Assembly: GCA_947456825.1 (NCBI GenBank)
Contig: CANGTM010000002.1
Coordinates: 5,236 to 69,235 of the forward strand
From: Chitinophagaceae bacterium
GTDB lineage: Bacteria; Bacteroidota; Bacteroidia; Chitinophagales; Chitinophagaceae
Direction: 5' to 3'
Length of the DNA stretch: 64,000 nucleotides
This document shows, one piece after another, positions 19,166-29,411 of this stretch. Both the position numbers and the translations under genes were made by a program. Position 1 is the first letter of the stretch; each line of letters begins with the position of its first letter. Below the pieces are notes generated by a model. That model ran no database searches. It saw nothing but the letters and a program-made list of their open reading frames with translations, and was not told where the DNA came from.

Positions 19166-20431
19166 ATGGAACGATTTCAAGGTATTATCGGTATCGTCAT
19201 GATCTTGGGGATCGCCTTTTTATTTTCTAACAATAAAAGAAAGATCGATCTCCGTTTGGTGATCAGTGGTATCCTTTTGCAAGTTTCTATAGCGCTGTTG
19301 ATATTTAAGGTTGGACCCGTTCAGTGGTTCTTTCAACAACTAGGCAGAGGGATCGGTAAACTGGAGCAATTTTCGAAGGCCGGCGTAGATTTTGTTTACG
19401 GGGGAGTGGCGACCATTGGAGCCGATGGGGCTGCACAGAACTATCGGGCTCCCGACTCGTTCGTATTTGCCTTTAACGTTACCGCCACGATCGTGTTGGT
19501 GTGTGCTTTGGTAGCGGTATTTTATCATTTAGGGCTGATGCAGCGCCTTGTTTCCCTGATTGCTCGTGCCATGAATAAAATAATGCGGGTCAGTGGTGCC
19601 GAAGCGCTCAGCAACGTGGCCAGTGCCTTTGTAGGTCAGGTAGAGGCACAGGTGATGATAAGGCCTTATTTGCCTTCTATGACAAAAAGCGAACTGCTAG
19701 CCTCCATGAGCGGAAGTCTGGCTTGTATTGCAGGGGGTATACTGATCGTATATGCCAATATGGGGGCCAAAGCCGGGATGGATCTGGCGCCAACACTTAT
19801 AATGGCGAGTTTGATGGCGGCCCCCGGTGCGCTGGTCATCTCCAAGATCGTATGGCCCGAGACAGAGGAGAGCCAGACGATGGGAAAGGTAAAACTGGAG
19901 GTTAAAAGTGATTACGTCAATGTGATCGATGCCATTTCTCACGGTGCCGGCGATGGTTTTAAGATCGCCATGAATGTGATCGCTATGCTGATCGGGTTTA
20001 TTGCGGTCATTACGCTCATCGACTGGACGCTACTCAAGGCAGGTCATCTTTTTGCACCCGACTTTGATCTGAGTTTAAATTGGATCTTCGCCAAGCTTTT
20101 TTATCCTTTTGCCTGGGCCATGGGTATTCCATCTGTGGATGTAAATGCCGCAGCCACGCTACTAGGTCAAAAACTAACCATCAATGAGTTTGTAGCATTC
20201 TCGAACCTTACATCAAAGGCCGTGCCCATCGTTACCACCAAGGGATTGTGGATCGTTAGCATCGCTATTTGCGGATTTGCCAACTTTAGTTCGGTAGGCA
20301 TGCAAATCGGTGGGATAGGGGCTTTAGCGCCCGAGAGAAGGGCAGATCTGGCCAAGCTGGGTTTCAAGGCCCTTCTGTGCGGAACGCTCGCCTCTTACCT
20401 CTCCGCCTCCATAGCGGGTATTTTAATGTAG
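19166..20431 (+). CDS. Concentrative nucleoside transporter (NupC/CNT family)
   Basis: SGAEALSNVASAFVGQVEA, ASLMAAPGAL, LGQKLTINEFVAF and CGFANFSSVGMQIGG. Confidence 0.93.
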   Translation: MERFQGIIGIVMILGIAFLFSNNKRKIDLRLVISGILLQVSIALLIFKVGPVQWFFQQLGRGIGKLEQFSKAGVDFVYGGVATIGADGAAQNYRAPDSFVFAFNVTATIVLVCALVAVFYHLGLMQRLVSLIARAMNKIMRVSGAEALSNVASAFVGQVEAQVMIRPYLPSMTKSELLASMSGSLACIAGGILIVYANMGAKAGMDLAPTLIMASLMAAPGALVISKIVWPETEESQTMGKVKLEVKSDYVNVIDAISHGAGDGFKIAMNVIAMLIGFIAVITLIDWTLLKAGHLFAPDFDLSLNWIFAKLFYPFAWAMGIPSVDVNAAATLLGQKLTINEFVAFSNLTSKAVPIVTTKGLWIVSIAICGFANFSSVGMQIGGIGALAPERRADLAKLGFKALLCGTLASYLSASIAGILM

Positions 20432-20454
20432 AAAGATGTAGAAGGCAGCGACGA

Positions 20455-20772
20455 TTAAATGTGCGCCTCTATCTTCTTGACAAAATTGGCCTTGGGTTGT
20501 GCGCCCACCAGTTTGTCTACCACCTGACCATTCTTGATAAATAAGATCGCGGGAATAGAAGTGATTCCGTAGTTCATGGATACCTCTGGGTTATGATCGA
20601 CGTTGAGTTTTCCAATATTCACCTTGCCATCGTATTCTTTGGAGAGCTCCTCAATTACTGGCCCGATCGCTCTGCAGGGACCGCACCATTCCGCCCAAAA
20701 ATCAACGAGGGCCAGTTTGGGTGATTCGAGTACTTCGGTCTTGAAATTCTGATCGGTAAATTCTTTTGCCAT
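20455..20772 (-). CDS. trxA: Thioredoxin
   Basis: [12 protein letters not shown] active site and SIPA cis-proline loop. Confidence 0.97.
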   Translation of the reverse strand: MAKEFTDQNFKTEVLESPKLALVDFWAEWCGPCRAIGPVIEELSKEYDGKVNIGKLNVDHNPEVSMNYGITSIPAILFIKNGQVVDKLVGAQPKANFVKKIEAHI

Positions 20773-20857
20773 GATTTGTTTTTTTAAGAGGATGCAAATT
20801 TAGTTCCGCGTTTCCTATAACGGTCTGCCTGACATGCATTGTGCAAAAGTTGTCAGC

Positions 20858-23800
20858 CTACACACTTTGTACCATCATTCCTATACCCGGGGTATTTTCG
20901 AGAAAATGGACAAGTTCTGGGTTGACCTCAATTCCGTAGCTAGTCGATAGAAGATTGACCTTCATTTTTTTATGAAGATCATTTACAATTAATTTAAATG
21001 CTGTTTTTCCGGGGTGCCGCTTAAGGTTCTTTTCAAAAAAACGGATCATTTCGGCGTTGATGTCTTTGGGTTGTATCTCTATGGTCAGCGATCTTGTCAG
21101 GTTGGCCAGCATGGTTTCGGCCAGTGTTACGCCGTTGAGCTTAAATTCGAATTCGTTTCTGTTGTAGCGTTGTTTTAGATAGCCTACAATGAGCACACTG
21201 CTGCCGGGCTGCAGGATCGGCGAAAGGCGCAGGTAGTCGTCGCTAAAAAGCGGAAACTCCAGTTTGCCCGTGTAGTCTTCAATGATAAAGCTGCCATACT
21301 TGTTTCCGCTCTTGGCAATGCGGTGTTGCGCATCGGTTACCAATCCAACCAGCCTGAAAGGTGCGCCTGGATTGGGTTGTTTCGATATGTTATCTCTGAA
21401 TTCATTGAAATCACTGATAGCCGTAATGCCATAATGTTTGATCTCGAAACGATAATTATCCAGTGGGTGGCCGCTCAGGTAGATACCGGCTACTTCTTTT
21501 TCGTGGTCCAGTTGAACGACCAGGGGCCATGGTGGCACGTCGCTGATACGGGGCGGTGGGATCTCCATGGTAATGGGCAGATCTCCAAAAAGTGTATTGG
21601 CCGCAGAAGCTTGGTGCTGTCCCATGACCTGCCCGTATTTCATAATTTTTTCTAGTCCGTTTACCTGCTCCCCGTCGGGTATGGTAAAGTACTGTGCCCG
21701 GTGTAATTCCGGAAAACAATCAAAGCCACCGGCGTAGGCCAGACTCTCGAGGGTTCGTTTGTTGACCGTGCGTTGGTTGACCCGTTTGATAAAATCGAAT
21801 ACGCTCTTATACAATCCACCTTTCTTTCTTTCTTCAATAATACTTTCAACGGCTGCCTCACCCACGCCTTTTAATCCTCCCAGGCCAAATCGAATCTCTC
21901 CTTTGGCATTGACCGCAAAACCTTTTAGCGATTCATTGCTATCGGGCCCCAGCACTTTGATGCCCATTCGCTTGCACTCTTCCATAAAGAAGGTGATCTT
22001 TTCAATGCTGCCCGCATTGTTAAGCACGGCCGACATGTAAGCAGCAGGGTAGTGGGCCTTTAGATAGGCGGTCTGGTAAGCGACATAGGCATAGCAGGTA
22101 GAATGCGATTTATTGAAGGCATATTGCGCAAAAGCTTCCCAGTCGGTCCATATCTTCTCCAGTCGATCGGCTGGAAGTAGCTTGGCGGTGGCACCCTCAA
22201 TGAATTGTTTTTTCATTTTATCGAGGGTCTCTCGATTCTTCTTTCCCATGGCCTTTCGTAAGACGTCTGCGTCTCCTTTACTGAACCCGGCCAACTTTTG
22301 CGCCAACAGCATCACTTGTTCTTGATACACGGTAATACCATAGGTCTCCTCTAGGTATTCTTGCATCTCGGGCAGATCGTAGCTGATAGCCTCTCTGCCA
22401 TGTTTTCGATCGATATAATTGGGAATGTAGGCCATGGGACCCGGACGATAGAGGGCATTCATGGCAATGAGATCACCGAACTTATCGGGCTTTAGCTCGC
22501 GCAGGTATTTTTGCATGCCCGGACTTTCGAACTGAAAGGTACCGATGGTAGCACCGTGTTGATAAAGTTCAAAGGTCTTGGCATCATCGAGTGGGATCTT
22601 ATCAATGTCGATATCTACATCGTGCAACTGTTTGATCAGCGTCAGGGCTTGTTTGATAATAGAGAGCGTCTTAAGGCCCAGAAAGTCCATCTTGATGATA
22701 CCGGCACTCTCAATATCATTACCTTCTATCTGGGTAACCCACAGGGGTGAGTCCTTGGCCGTTGCCACCGGTATAAGGTCGGTGAGGTCTCTGGGCGCAA
22801 TGATGATGCCGGCTGCATGTATACCTGTGCTTCGTACGGAGCCTTCGAGTCGCTCGGCCTCGTGCAATACTTTAGAGGCAATGGATTCTTTTTGCTTGTA
22901 GATCTCCCTGAGTTTTTTGACGCTCTCCAGATCGTCATTGCCCAGCCCGTCTTTTTCTTCGAGCGATTTTTGGCCGTCCTTGGCCTTGAGTGGGGCATGT
23001 AAGACGCGACGTAGTTCAATGCCCGGTTTGTCGGGCACCAATTTAGCCAGTGCGTTAGAATCGGTTAACGGAAGGTCCATTACACGAGCCACGTCTTTGA
23101 TGCTCATCTTGGCAGCCATCGTTCCATAGGTGATGATCTGCGCCACCTGGTTCTTTCCGTATTTCTCTACCACATAGTCGATCACTTTTTGCCGCCCCTC
23201 ATCATCAAAGTCGGTATCGATATCGGGCATCGATTTACGATCGGGGTTCAAGAAGCGTTCGAAAAGTAAGTTGTACTTGATGGGGTCTATATTGGTAATG
23301 CCTATACAATAAGCCACTACAGAGCCTGCGGCGGAGCCCCGGCCGGGTCCGATGAAGACACCTTTTTCACGTCCGGCCCTTATAAAGTCGCTAACGATCA
23401 AAAAGTAACCGGCAAAGCCCATCATTTTGATCGTGAACAATTCGAATTCGATCCTTTCCTTGATCTCGTCGGTGAGGGCTTGGTATCGTTTCTCTGCTCC
23501 TTCGTAGGTCAAATGGCGCAGGTATTCCCATTGGTTTTGCGACTCGGCAGACACTTTGTATTTGCCAATGGTCTCTTCTTTGGTATGAATCTGAAATCGG
23601 TTGGCTACCGGAAAATTCGGCAGCAAAATATCGCGCGTCAAATTCACCGGCTCTACCTTTTCGACAATTTCATTCGTGTTGTCGATGGCCTCAGGCAGAT
23701 CGGCGAAGGTTTGGCGCATTTGCGCAGCGGTCTTAAAAAAGAACTGGTCGTTCGGAAAGGCAAAGCGTTTGTTACGAACGTTCACGTCGTCGTCCGAGAT

Positions 23801-24532
23801 CTCTCGCAGCGCGGGGGTCGATTGCTTTTCGCCGGTATTGATGCAAAGTAATATGTCGTGTGCATTAAAGTCGTCTTGCTCCACATAATGACTATCGTTA
23901 CTGGCAATGATCTTTACCTGGTACTGTTTTGCCCATTTAACGAGAACTTCGTTGACCTTGTCTTGTTCGGGGAGTCCATGGCGCTGTAACTCTACATAGA
24001 AGTCTTGTTGAAATATATTGAGCCACCAGCGAAATTCATTCTCGGCCTCTTCTTCTCCTTTCTTTAAAATAGCTTGTGGAATGGAGGCGCCAAGGCAGCA
24101 GGTAGTTGCGATGAGTCCCTCGGCATACTTTACGATCAGCTCCTTATCGATGCGGGGATATTTACTGTACATCCCCTCCACATAGCCCAGTGAGGTCAGC
24201 TTGACGAGATGGTGATATCCCTTCTCGTTCTTGGCCAGTAAGATCTGGTGATAGCGTTTGTCCCTTTGGTCTTTGGTAAATGTTTTTTGATGGCGGTTCT
24301 CGGTCAGGTAAAATTCGCATCCCACGATGGGTTTCACCTTTAATTTTCCGTTCTCGTCTTTATGGCGATAGGCCTCTGCCACGAACTCGAACACGCCGAA
24401 CATATTTCCATGATCGCTGATGGCAAGACCGGGCATGCCATCGCTGATGGCCTTGTTATAAAGGGCGGGTATGGAGGCAGCACCATCTAAGAGCGAAAAT
24501 TGGGTGTGAACATGCAGGTGAGAGAACTTCAT
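20858..24532 (-). CDS. dnaE: DNA polymerase III subunit alpha
   Basis: PHP domain (HLHVHTQFSLLDG, SDHGN, NDSHY), GPGRGSAAGS, PDIDTDFD catalytic motif and FNKSHSTCY. No intein seen. Confidence 0.98.
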   Translation of the reverse strand: MKFSHLHVHTQFSLLDGAASIPALYNKAISDGMPGLAISDHGNMFGVFEFVAEAYRHKDENGKLKVKPIVGCEFYLTENRHQKTFTKDQRDKRYHQILLAKNEKGYHHLVKLTSLGYVEGMYSKYPRIDKELIVKYAEGLIATTCCLGASIPQAILKKGEEEAENEFRWWLNIFQQDFYVELQRHGLPEQDKVNEVLVKWAKQYQVKIIASNDSHYVEQDDFNAHDILLCINTGEKQSTPALREISDDDVNVRNKRFAFPNDQFFFKTAAQMRQTFADLPEAIDNTNEIVEKVEPVNLTRDILLPNFPVANRFQIHTKEETIGKYKVSAESQNQWEYLRHLTYEGAEKRYQALTDEIKERIEFELFTIKMMGFAGYFLIVSDFIRAGREKGVFIGPGRGSAAGSVVAYCIGITNIDPIKYNLLFERFLNPDRKSMPDIDTDFDDEGRQKVIDYVVEKYGKNQVAQIITYGTMAAKMSIKDVARVMDLPLTDSNALAKLVPDKPGIELRRVLHAPLKAKDGQKSLEEKDGLGNDDLESVKKLREIYKQKESIASKVLHEAERLEGSVRSTGIHAAGIIIAPRDLTDLIPVATAKDSPLWVTQIEGNDIESAGIIKMDFLGLKTLSIIKQALTLIKQLHDVDIDIDKIPLDDAKTFELYQHGATIGTFQFESPGMQKYLRELKPDKFGDLIAMNALYRPGPMAYIPNYIDRKHGREAISYDLPEMQEYLEETYGITVYQEQVMLLAQKLAGFSKGDADVLRKAMGKKNRETLDKMKKQFIEGATAKLLPADRLEKIWTDWEAFAQYAFNKSHSTCYAYVAYQTAYLKAHYPAAYMSAVLNNAGSIEKITFFMEECKRMGIKVLGPDSNESLKGFAVNAKGEIRFGLGGLKGVGEAAVESIIEERKKGGLYKSVFDFIKRVNQRTVNKRTLESLAYAGGFDCFPELHRAQYFTIPDGEQVNGLEKIMKYGQVMGQHQASAANTLFGDLPITMEIPPPRISDVPPWPLVVQLDHEKEVAGIYLSGHPLDNYRFEIKHYGITAISDFNEFRDNISKQPNPGAPFRLVGLVTDAQHRIAKSGNKYGSFIIEDYTGKLEFPLFSDDYLRLSPILQPGSSVLIVGYLKQRYNRNEFEFKLNGVTLAETMLANLTRSLTIEIQPKDINAEMIRFFEKNLKRHPGKTAFKLIVNDLHKKMKVNLLSTSYGIEVNPELVHFLENTPGIGMMVQSV

Positions 24533-24558
24533 AGAAGGTCAATAATAGGCAAATTAGC

Positions 24559-24566
24559 TACCTTTG
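24559..24566 (+). promoter_or_regulatory. Housekeeping -7 box (TACCTTTG) for the NlpC/P60 gene
   Basis: Exact TAnnTTTG match 20 nt before TTG 24587. Confidence 0.6.
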
Positions 24567-24586
24567 CAAAATTCCGATATACACCA

Positions 24587-25324
24587 TTGAGGCCCTGTTT
24601 CTTTCTATATAATTTTTTTCTAATCCTTGCCATTTCGGTGTTAAGCGGGTGTGCGTTGATCTCCTCCTTTACTGAACGCAACCGGCCTGTAGTGTCAACA
24701 ACTACCGCATCCGTTTCTCCTCAATTTTTACCTCCCCTGGCAGTAGACAAGCCTCTACCGACAAAGGAGGTTGAGAGCAAGCCCATTCGCCCAACCCGCG
24801 CTTCTTCCGCTGCGCCCACCGTAAGCCAGACCGTTCAAGTGCAGCCGGCTCCTTTAACCTACAGTGCGCCGCAGATAGAGTCGGCCACGCCCGTTCAACT
24901 CAAATACGCTGTGTTGCTCGACACAGAGGTCGAGCAGTTGCCCTCATCAGGGTTGCTGGAACAGATCGATCCGTGGATGGGGGTGCCTTACCGATCGGGG
25001 GGCAGTAATCGATCGGGGATCGATTGCTCGGCCTTTACCATGCAAGTGTTGGATGGATGCTGCGGGTATAAATTACCTCGTACGTCCAGACAACAGCATG
25101 CGTATTGCGAACCCGCCAGCATGGAGACACTTGCGAGCGGGGACCTTCTCTTTTATGCTACAAGGGGAAAAGGTGTTTCTCATGTGGGCATCTATTTAGG
25201 TAATGGAAAGTTTGCTCACGCATCGGTGAGCAATGGGGTTACGGTCAGTGATCTATCCGATCCTTATTATCAGAAACGTTTTATTTCGGCAGGTCGTATT
25301 CCTGCGGGTTCTACAAGGCAATAA
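24587..25324 (+). CDS. NlpC/P60 (C40) cell-wall peptidase, lipoprotein
   Basis: Lipobox LSGC; PYRSGGSNRSGIDCSAF, LPRTSRQQ, GDLLFY and SHVGIYLG...FAHAS. TTG start inferred from the promoter position. Confidence 0.9.
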   Translation: MRPCFFLYNFFLILAISVLSGCALISSFTERNRPVVSTTTASVSPQFLPPLAVDKPLPTKEVESKPIRPTRASSAAPTVSQTVQVQPAPLTYSAPQIESATPVQLKYAVLLDTEVEQLPSSGLLEQIDPWMGVPYRSGGSNRSGIDCSAFTMQVLDGCCGYKLPRTSRQQHAYCEPASMETLASGDLLFYATRGKGVSHVGIYLGNGKFAHASVSNGVTVSDLSDPYYQKRFISAGRIPAGSTRQ

Positions 25325-25345
25325 GCTACTTGAACAACCGGTGTG

Positions 25346-26848
25346 TTACGGGTTTGCACTTTTTTTTCGAAGGGCTGCGAGCAGTTCCTTTGCGTCGGGC
25401 GTAAGTTGCAGTAGGTAGATGCCGGCCGCGTAGACCAGCATAAAGGTCAAGCTCTGTGTCATCAGGGCTGTCCATCCGCTCCACTCTTGAAAAAGAAAAT
25501 GGCAAAAGGTCCATCCCCCTGCGGCCAAGGCAATGGTGTATAACGATTTTAGGGAGAAGGGTTGTAGGTCAAATTGTTTCCACAAGAAAAACAGACGAAA
25601 CAGGTTGTAGCAACCGATAGATATTAGCTGGGCCAGGGCCGTACCGATGATGCCCTCTTTTTTGGTTAGCCAATAGCTGAGGGGCAACATAACGGCCAGT
25701 AACACGAGACCACTGGTAAACTCAAATCGCCACTTAGGCGAAGTAATGATGATCTGTGAATTGACTCCAGTGCCCATGTCGATCAGCTTGGTCATCCCCA
25801 GTAATACTAAAATTGAAAATGCCTGTAAATAGGTCGGCTTCAAGTGAAAGGTCGCTACTGCATCCTTGTAATTAATCAGGAGTAATACCAATAGTCCGGC
25901 TCCGACTATAAGTTGATTGATGGACGATCGTTGATAGATTTTTGCGATCGTGGTCATGTCTTTTTGTTTCCAGGCAGCGGAGAGGGGTGCTATCGCGGCC
26001 GCAACGACCCCTCGTTGCGGTACCTGCACCAGCGATGCCATGTTCTGCGCAAGCGAGTAAAGGGCTACTTTGGTCATCGCATTGCTTACCACAGATGCTA
26101 TAAGGATCGTATCAAACACTTGTGCAATAGTAAAGATCAAGGTGCCGAAGTAGGTATAACTGGTGTATCGAGTGGCCGATCTCCTGAGTCTATGGCTCAC
26201 ATGGCTGAATGGCTTTGCCAGTGGTGCTTGTTTACGGTATAGCAAGATCAGTAGTAGCGCAATGGCGATCAGCGGAAAACTAAAAGCAAAAAGTTTAATG
26301 AAAACATCGTAGCTGGGAATAATGCCCGCCGCAAAACAGCCGATCAGCAATAAAATGAATAGTCGCCATCCCGCCTCCTTTAAAAAGTGGCTGGTGGCGG
26401 CCCGTTGCTGCTGCCAGTTCCAAGCTTCCAAAATGGTGAATAGCAAAAGTCCTGCCCCCAGCAAGAAGGTCCAGTGGTAGTAGTTCACCAGCTGGGGGGC
26501 ATTGGTCGCATATTTTTTTATTACGATTGGCTCAATGTAGAAACCGACGAGAATGGCCGCTACACAGCCAAGCGCGCCCAGTAGGATAGATACGGTCAGC
26601 TGGTCGTTTTTGTCCGTGCGCAGGTGGTCGCGGTAGTACGGATAAAATTTATAGATAAAATAGGGGGCTCCCAGGTTTCCGGCAGCGGCTAGTAACGTTG
26701 CAATCGCAATAAAGGCGTTATAAAGTCCAAACTCCTCCTCGGTAAATAGTCCCTGTCGGGTAAAAAGATACGTATTGAGCAGGCCGACCGCAAAGCCTGC
26801 ATAGATGACCAGGGTAGAGAGTATACTTTGCTTTCTAATTACGCTCAT
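25346..26848 (-). CDS. Oligosaccharide flippase / MATE-superfamily polysaccharide export protein
   Basis: IRKQSILSTLVIYAGFAVG start, about 14 TM helices, C-terminal GVNSQIIITSPKWRF. Confidence 0.82.
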   Translation of the reverse strand: MSVIRKQSILSTLVIYAGFAVGLLNTYLFTRQGLFTEEEFGLYNAFIAIATLLAAAGNLGAPYFIYKFYPYYRDHLRTDKNDQLTVSILLGALGCVAAILVGFYIEPIVIKKYATNAPQLVNYYHWTFLLGAGLLLFTILEAWNWQQQRAATSHFLKEAGWRLFILLLIGCFAAGIIPSYDVFIKLFAFSFPLIAIALLLILLYRKQAPLAKPFSHVSHRLRRSATRYTSYTYFGTLIFTIAQVFDTILIASVVSNAMTKVALYSLAQNMASLVQVPQRGVVAAAIAPLSAAWKQKDMTTIAKIYQRSSINQLIVGAGLLVLLLINYKDAVATFHLKPTYLQAFSILVLLGMTKLIDMGTGVNSQIIITSPKWRFEFTSGLVLLAVMLPLSYWLTKKEGIIGTALAQLISIGCYNLFRLFFLWKQFDLQPFSLKSLYTIALAAGGWTFCHFLFQEWSGWTALMTQSLTFMLVYAAGIYLLQLTPDAKELLAALRKKSANP

Positions 26849-26872
26849 TTCATAAAGATAGTATCTGTGCGG

Positions 26873-28537
26873 TCAACCGATGCTGCGAAGGGTCCAATAA
26901 TAGTTGCCGTCTAGTTGCTGTGGATCGCTGTCTTCGTCAATGGTTGTTTCGGTCCATTGCGTGGTGATGGTCAATTGGCGTTGCCCCCAGCGAACCGGCA
27001 TCTGAAAGTTGTCTATGCAATTACGAAAACGAAGCCTGATCTTACCACGATCGATCTGGTACTCCAGTACGGGAATGGTGGTGCTACGCAGGTATTGGTC
27101 AAAGACCAATGAGAGATTTAGTTGTGCTTTTTGCGAGAAGTAGGCCTCCACTTGTTTAGAGTCTACCGTGCGGTGACGAAAATCGTTATTGAGCCCTATA
27201 AGAATGGCTCGAAATAAAGAATCGTTACCGATCATCTCTCTAATGTGGTGCAATAGACCGGCCCCTTTGTTATACATGTCTCCGCTGCCTTCTTGGTTTA
27301 CACCATAGTCACCAATGAGCGGTTTGTCGTTACGAATATTCTTGCGTACCCCGCGGCAGTATTCATCGGCCGCTTTTTTTCCGTAGTGATAATCGATAAA
27401 GAGCACCTCCGAATACATGGTGAATCCTTCGTGTACCCACATATCCGCAATATCATTGGTGGTAATGTTATTGGCAAACCATTCGTGACCGCTTTCATGA
27501 ATGATGATGTAGTCCCAATCTTTACCCCATCCGCTGCCCGATAGGTCTCGGCCCCTATACCCGTTTTTGAAACCATTCCCATAGGCAATCGCGCTTTGAT
27601 GCTCCATGCCTAAATGCGATGACTCCACCAATTTGTAGCCGTCCTCATAAAAGGGGTAGGGCCCAAACCAGTACTCGAAGGCCTTTAGCATGCGGGGTAC
27701 ATCCTTATTGAAAGAGAGCTTGGCCTTGTCGATATTATAATCCAAAACCCAGTAATCCAGATCTAGTTTTTTAGAGCCAATGCCCTCGTACTGGTCTTTC
27801 CAGTGTACATAATTACCAATGTAGGGCACCAAGTTGTAATTATTGATGGGATTAGTTACCTGCCACACGAAGGTGTTCCATCCTTTTTGGGGAGCGCTTT
27901 GGCCAACTAATCGCCCGTTGGCTACCGCTTTCAGCGAGTCTGGTACCGTTATGGAAAGTGTTGCGCCTCGATCAGGTTCATCGCTTTGGTGATCTTTGCA
28001 AGGGTACCATACGCTGGCCCCCAGTCCCTGGCAGGCGACCGTCATCCAAGGTCTTCCTTCTTTATCTTTCGAAAAGATCCAGCCCCCGTCCCATGGGGGA
28101 TTCTTGGCGGTGCGCGGAGTTCCGCTAAAATAGATCGTAACCGATTGTTCGTTCTTTTTCTTGGTAACCGATCGCATGTTTAGTTGTACCAGCCAGCTGT
28201 CTTTGCCTCTTTTTTCAAAACCAACCCGACGTCCTTCGAACAGTACGCTGTCGATTTTCATGGGCCATTGCAGATCGATCTGCATAACGGGTTTGGCCTT
28301 GGCATGGGTGCTTATAAAACCAATGGTGTTGGTGCCGGTAATTGTTTTGCTAGCAAAGTCGGGTACTACTGAAAGGGCATAGTGCTGCACGTTCCACCAG
28401 CTGCGTTCCGGGTTCAGTGATCCGCGCAGTGAATCGTCCAAGGTGTAAGAGGCTTTGCGTTGAAGGGGCTGCGCGTTCAAGTAGCTTGAACCGCATAATA
28501 GGCCTGTTAGTATGAGCGTAAAGTAAAAAACTCGCAT
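26873..28537 (-). CDS. M1-family zinc aminopeptidase (secreted)
   Basis: Signal peptide; GMEHQS exopeptidase motif; HESGHEWF..N...WVHEGF zinc site. Confidence 0.93.
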   Translation of the reverse strand: MRVFYFTLILTGLLCGSSYLNAQPLQRKASYTLDDSLRGSLNPERSWWNVQHYALSVVPDFASKTITGTNTIGFISTHAKAKPVMQIDLQWPMKIDSVLFEGRRVGFEKRGKDSWLVQLNMRSVTKKKNEQSVTIYFSGTPRTAKNPPWDGGWIFSKDKEGRPWMTVACQGLGASVWYPCKDHQSDEPDRGATLSITVPDSLKAVANGRLVGQSAPQKGWNTFVWQVTNPINNYNLVPYIGNYVHWKDQYEGIGSKKLDLDYWVLDYNIDKAKLSFNKDVPRMLKAFEYWFGPYPFYEDGYKLVESSHLGMEHQSAIAYGNGFKNGYRGRDLSGSGWGKDWDYIIIHESGHEWFANNITTNDIADMWVHEGFTMYSEVLFIDYHYGKKAADEYCRGVRKNIRNDKPLIGDYGVNQEGSGDMYNKGAGLLHHIREMIGNDSLFRAILIGLNNDFRHRTVDSKQVEAYFSQKAQLNLSLVFDQYLRSTTIPVLEYQIDRGKIRLRFRNCIDNFQMPVRWGQRQLTITTQWTETTIDEDSDPQQLDGNYYWTLRSIG

Positions 28538-28628
28538 GGGCGGCTTATATATTGTTGGATCAATTCAACGCTAATATACCCCGCCTTGGTCAGATGAGCG
28601 TGTTCCAGTTTTATTTTGTGGTATCTGA

Positions 28629-29306
28629 TCAGTTTTTTCTGAGCCTATCGGCAAATACCTTTCGAAATTTATCGAGCTTAGGCTGAATTACGAATTGGCA
28701 GTACGGATTACTGTTTCCGTTTTGTTCCATGTACTGCTGGTGATAATCCTCAGCCGAATAAAATACCGTAAACGGACTTATTTCGGTTACGATCGGGTCG
28801 TTCCAGGCGCCCGAGTGGTCCAGGGCTGTCTTGTACGCCTCGGCCTTTTGTCGCTGCTCTTCGTTGTGGTAGAATATGCCGCTTCTGTATTGAGTGCCCA
28901 CATCATTACCCTGCCTATTAAGGGTGGTGGGGTCATGTGTTTTCCAAAAGACCTCGAGAAGTTCATCGAAGCTTATTCGTTGGGGGTCGTAGGTAATTTG
29001 AATGCACTCGGCATGCCCGGTAGAGCCGGAACAAACTTCTTTGTAGGTGGGATTTTTAGTGGCACCGCCAGTGTAGCCAGAAACAGCGCTGATAACACCA
29101 TCTAATTCCTCGAAGATAGCTTCGGTGCACCAGAAACATCCGTTAGCAAAGGTGGCCGTATCTGTTTTTCCGGAAAAGGCTGGGGTCGTCATGGCAGGTT
29201 TATTTTTTTTAGTAGCGGAGGGTTGTCCACAAGCAGGCAGAACAACCGCCAAGCAGAGTAGGAGCGCTAAGGTTTTGTATTCCAAATAAGGAAGATGTTG
29301 TTTCAT
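28629..29306 (-). CDS. msrA: Peptide-methionine (S)-S-oxide reductase MsrA, exported lipoprotein
   Basis: Lipobox-like LPAC; GCFWC active site; SGYTGG, GHAE, HDPTTLNRQGNDVGTQYRS and AEDYHQQY. Confidence 0.96.
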   Translation of the reverse strand: MKQHLPYLEYKTLALLLCLAVVLPACGQPSATKKNKPAMTTPAFSGKTDTATFANGCFWCTEAIFEELDGVISAVSGYTGGATKNPTYKEVCSGSTGHAECIQITYDPQRISFDELLEVFWKTHDPTTLNRQGNDVGTQYRSGIFYHNEEQRQKAEAYKTALDHSGAWNDPIVTEISPFTVFYSAEDYHQQYMEQNGNSNPYCQFVIQPKLDKFRKVFADRLRKN

Positions 29307-29314
29307 TATTTGTT

Positions 29315-29343
29315 ATAACAAAAAAGATCATATCCGGTTTAAA
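29315..29343 (-). promoter_or_regulatory. Bipartite motif TTTAAAC-N15-TTGTTAT upstream of msrA (candidate alternative-sigma promoter)
   Basis: Same boxes and spacing as the site upstream of the TonB-dependent receptor (59644-59672); no TAnnTTTG box on this strand. Confidence 0.55.
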
Positions 29344-29411
29344 GTCTGGGAAAGGGCTTCGGGTTTATGTGCCGATTTGATGTATTTTTATCCAATAAAC
29401 ACCCCTTTTTT

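Noticed and set aside
20858-24532. Intein or split gene in dnaE
   Set aside because: One continuous 1224-aa ORF with intact motifs and no intein or homing-endonuclease signature.
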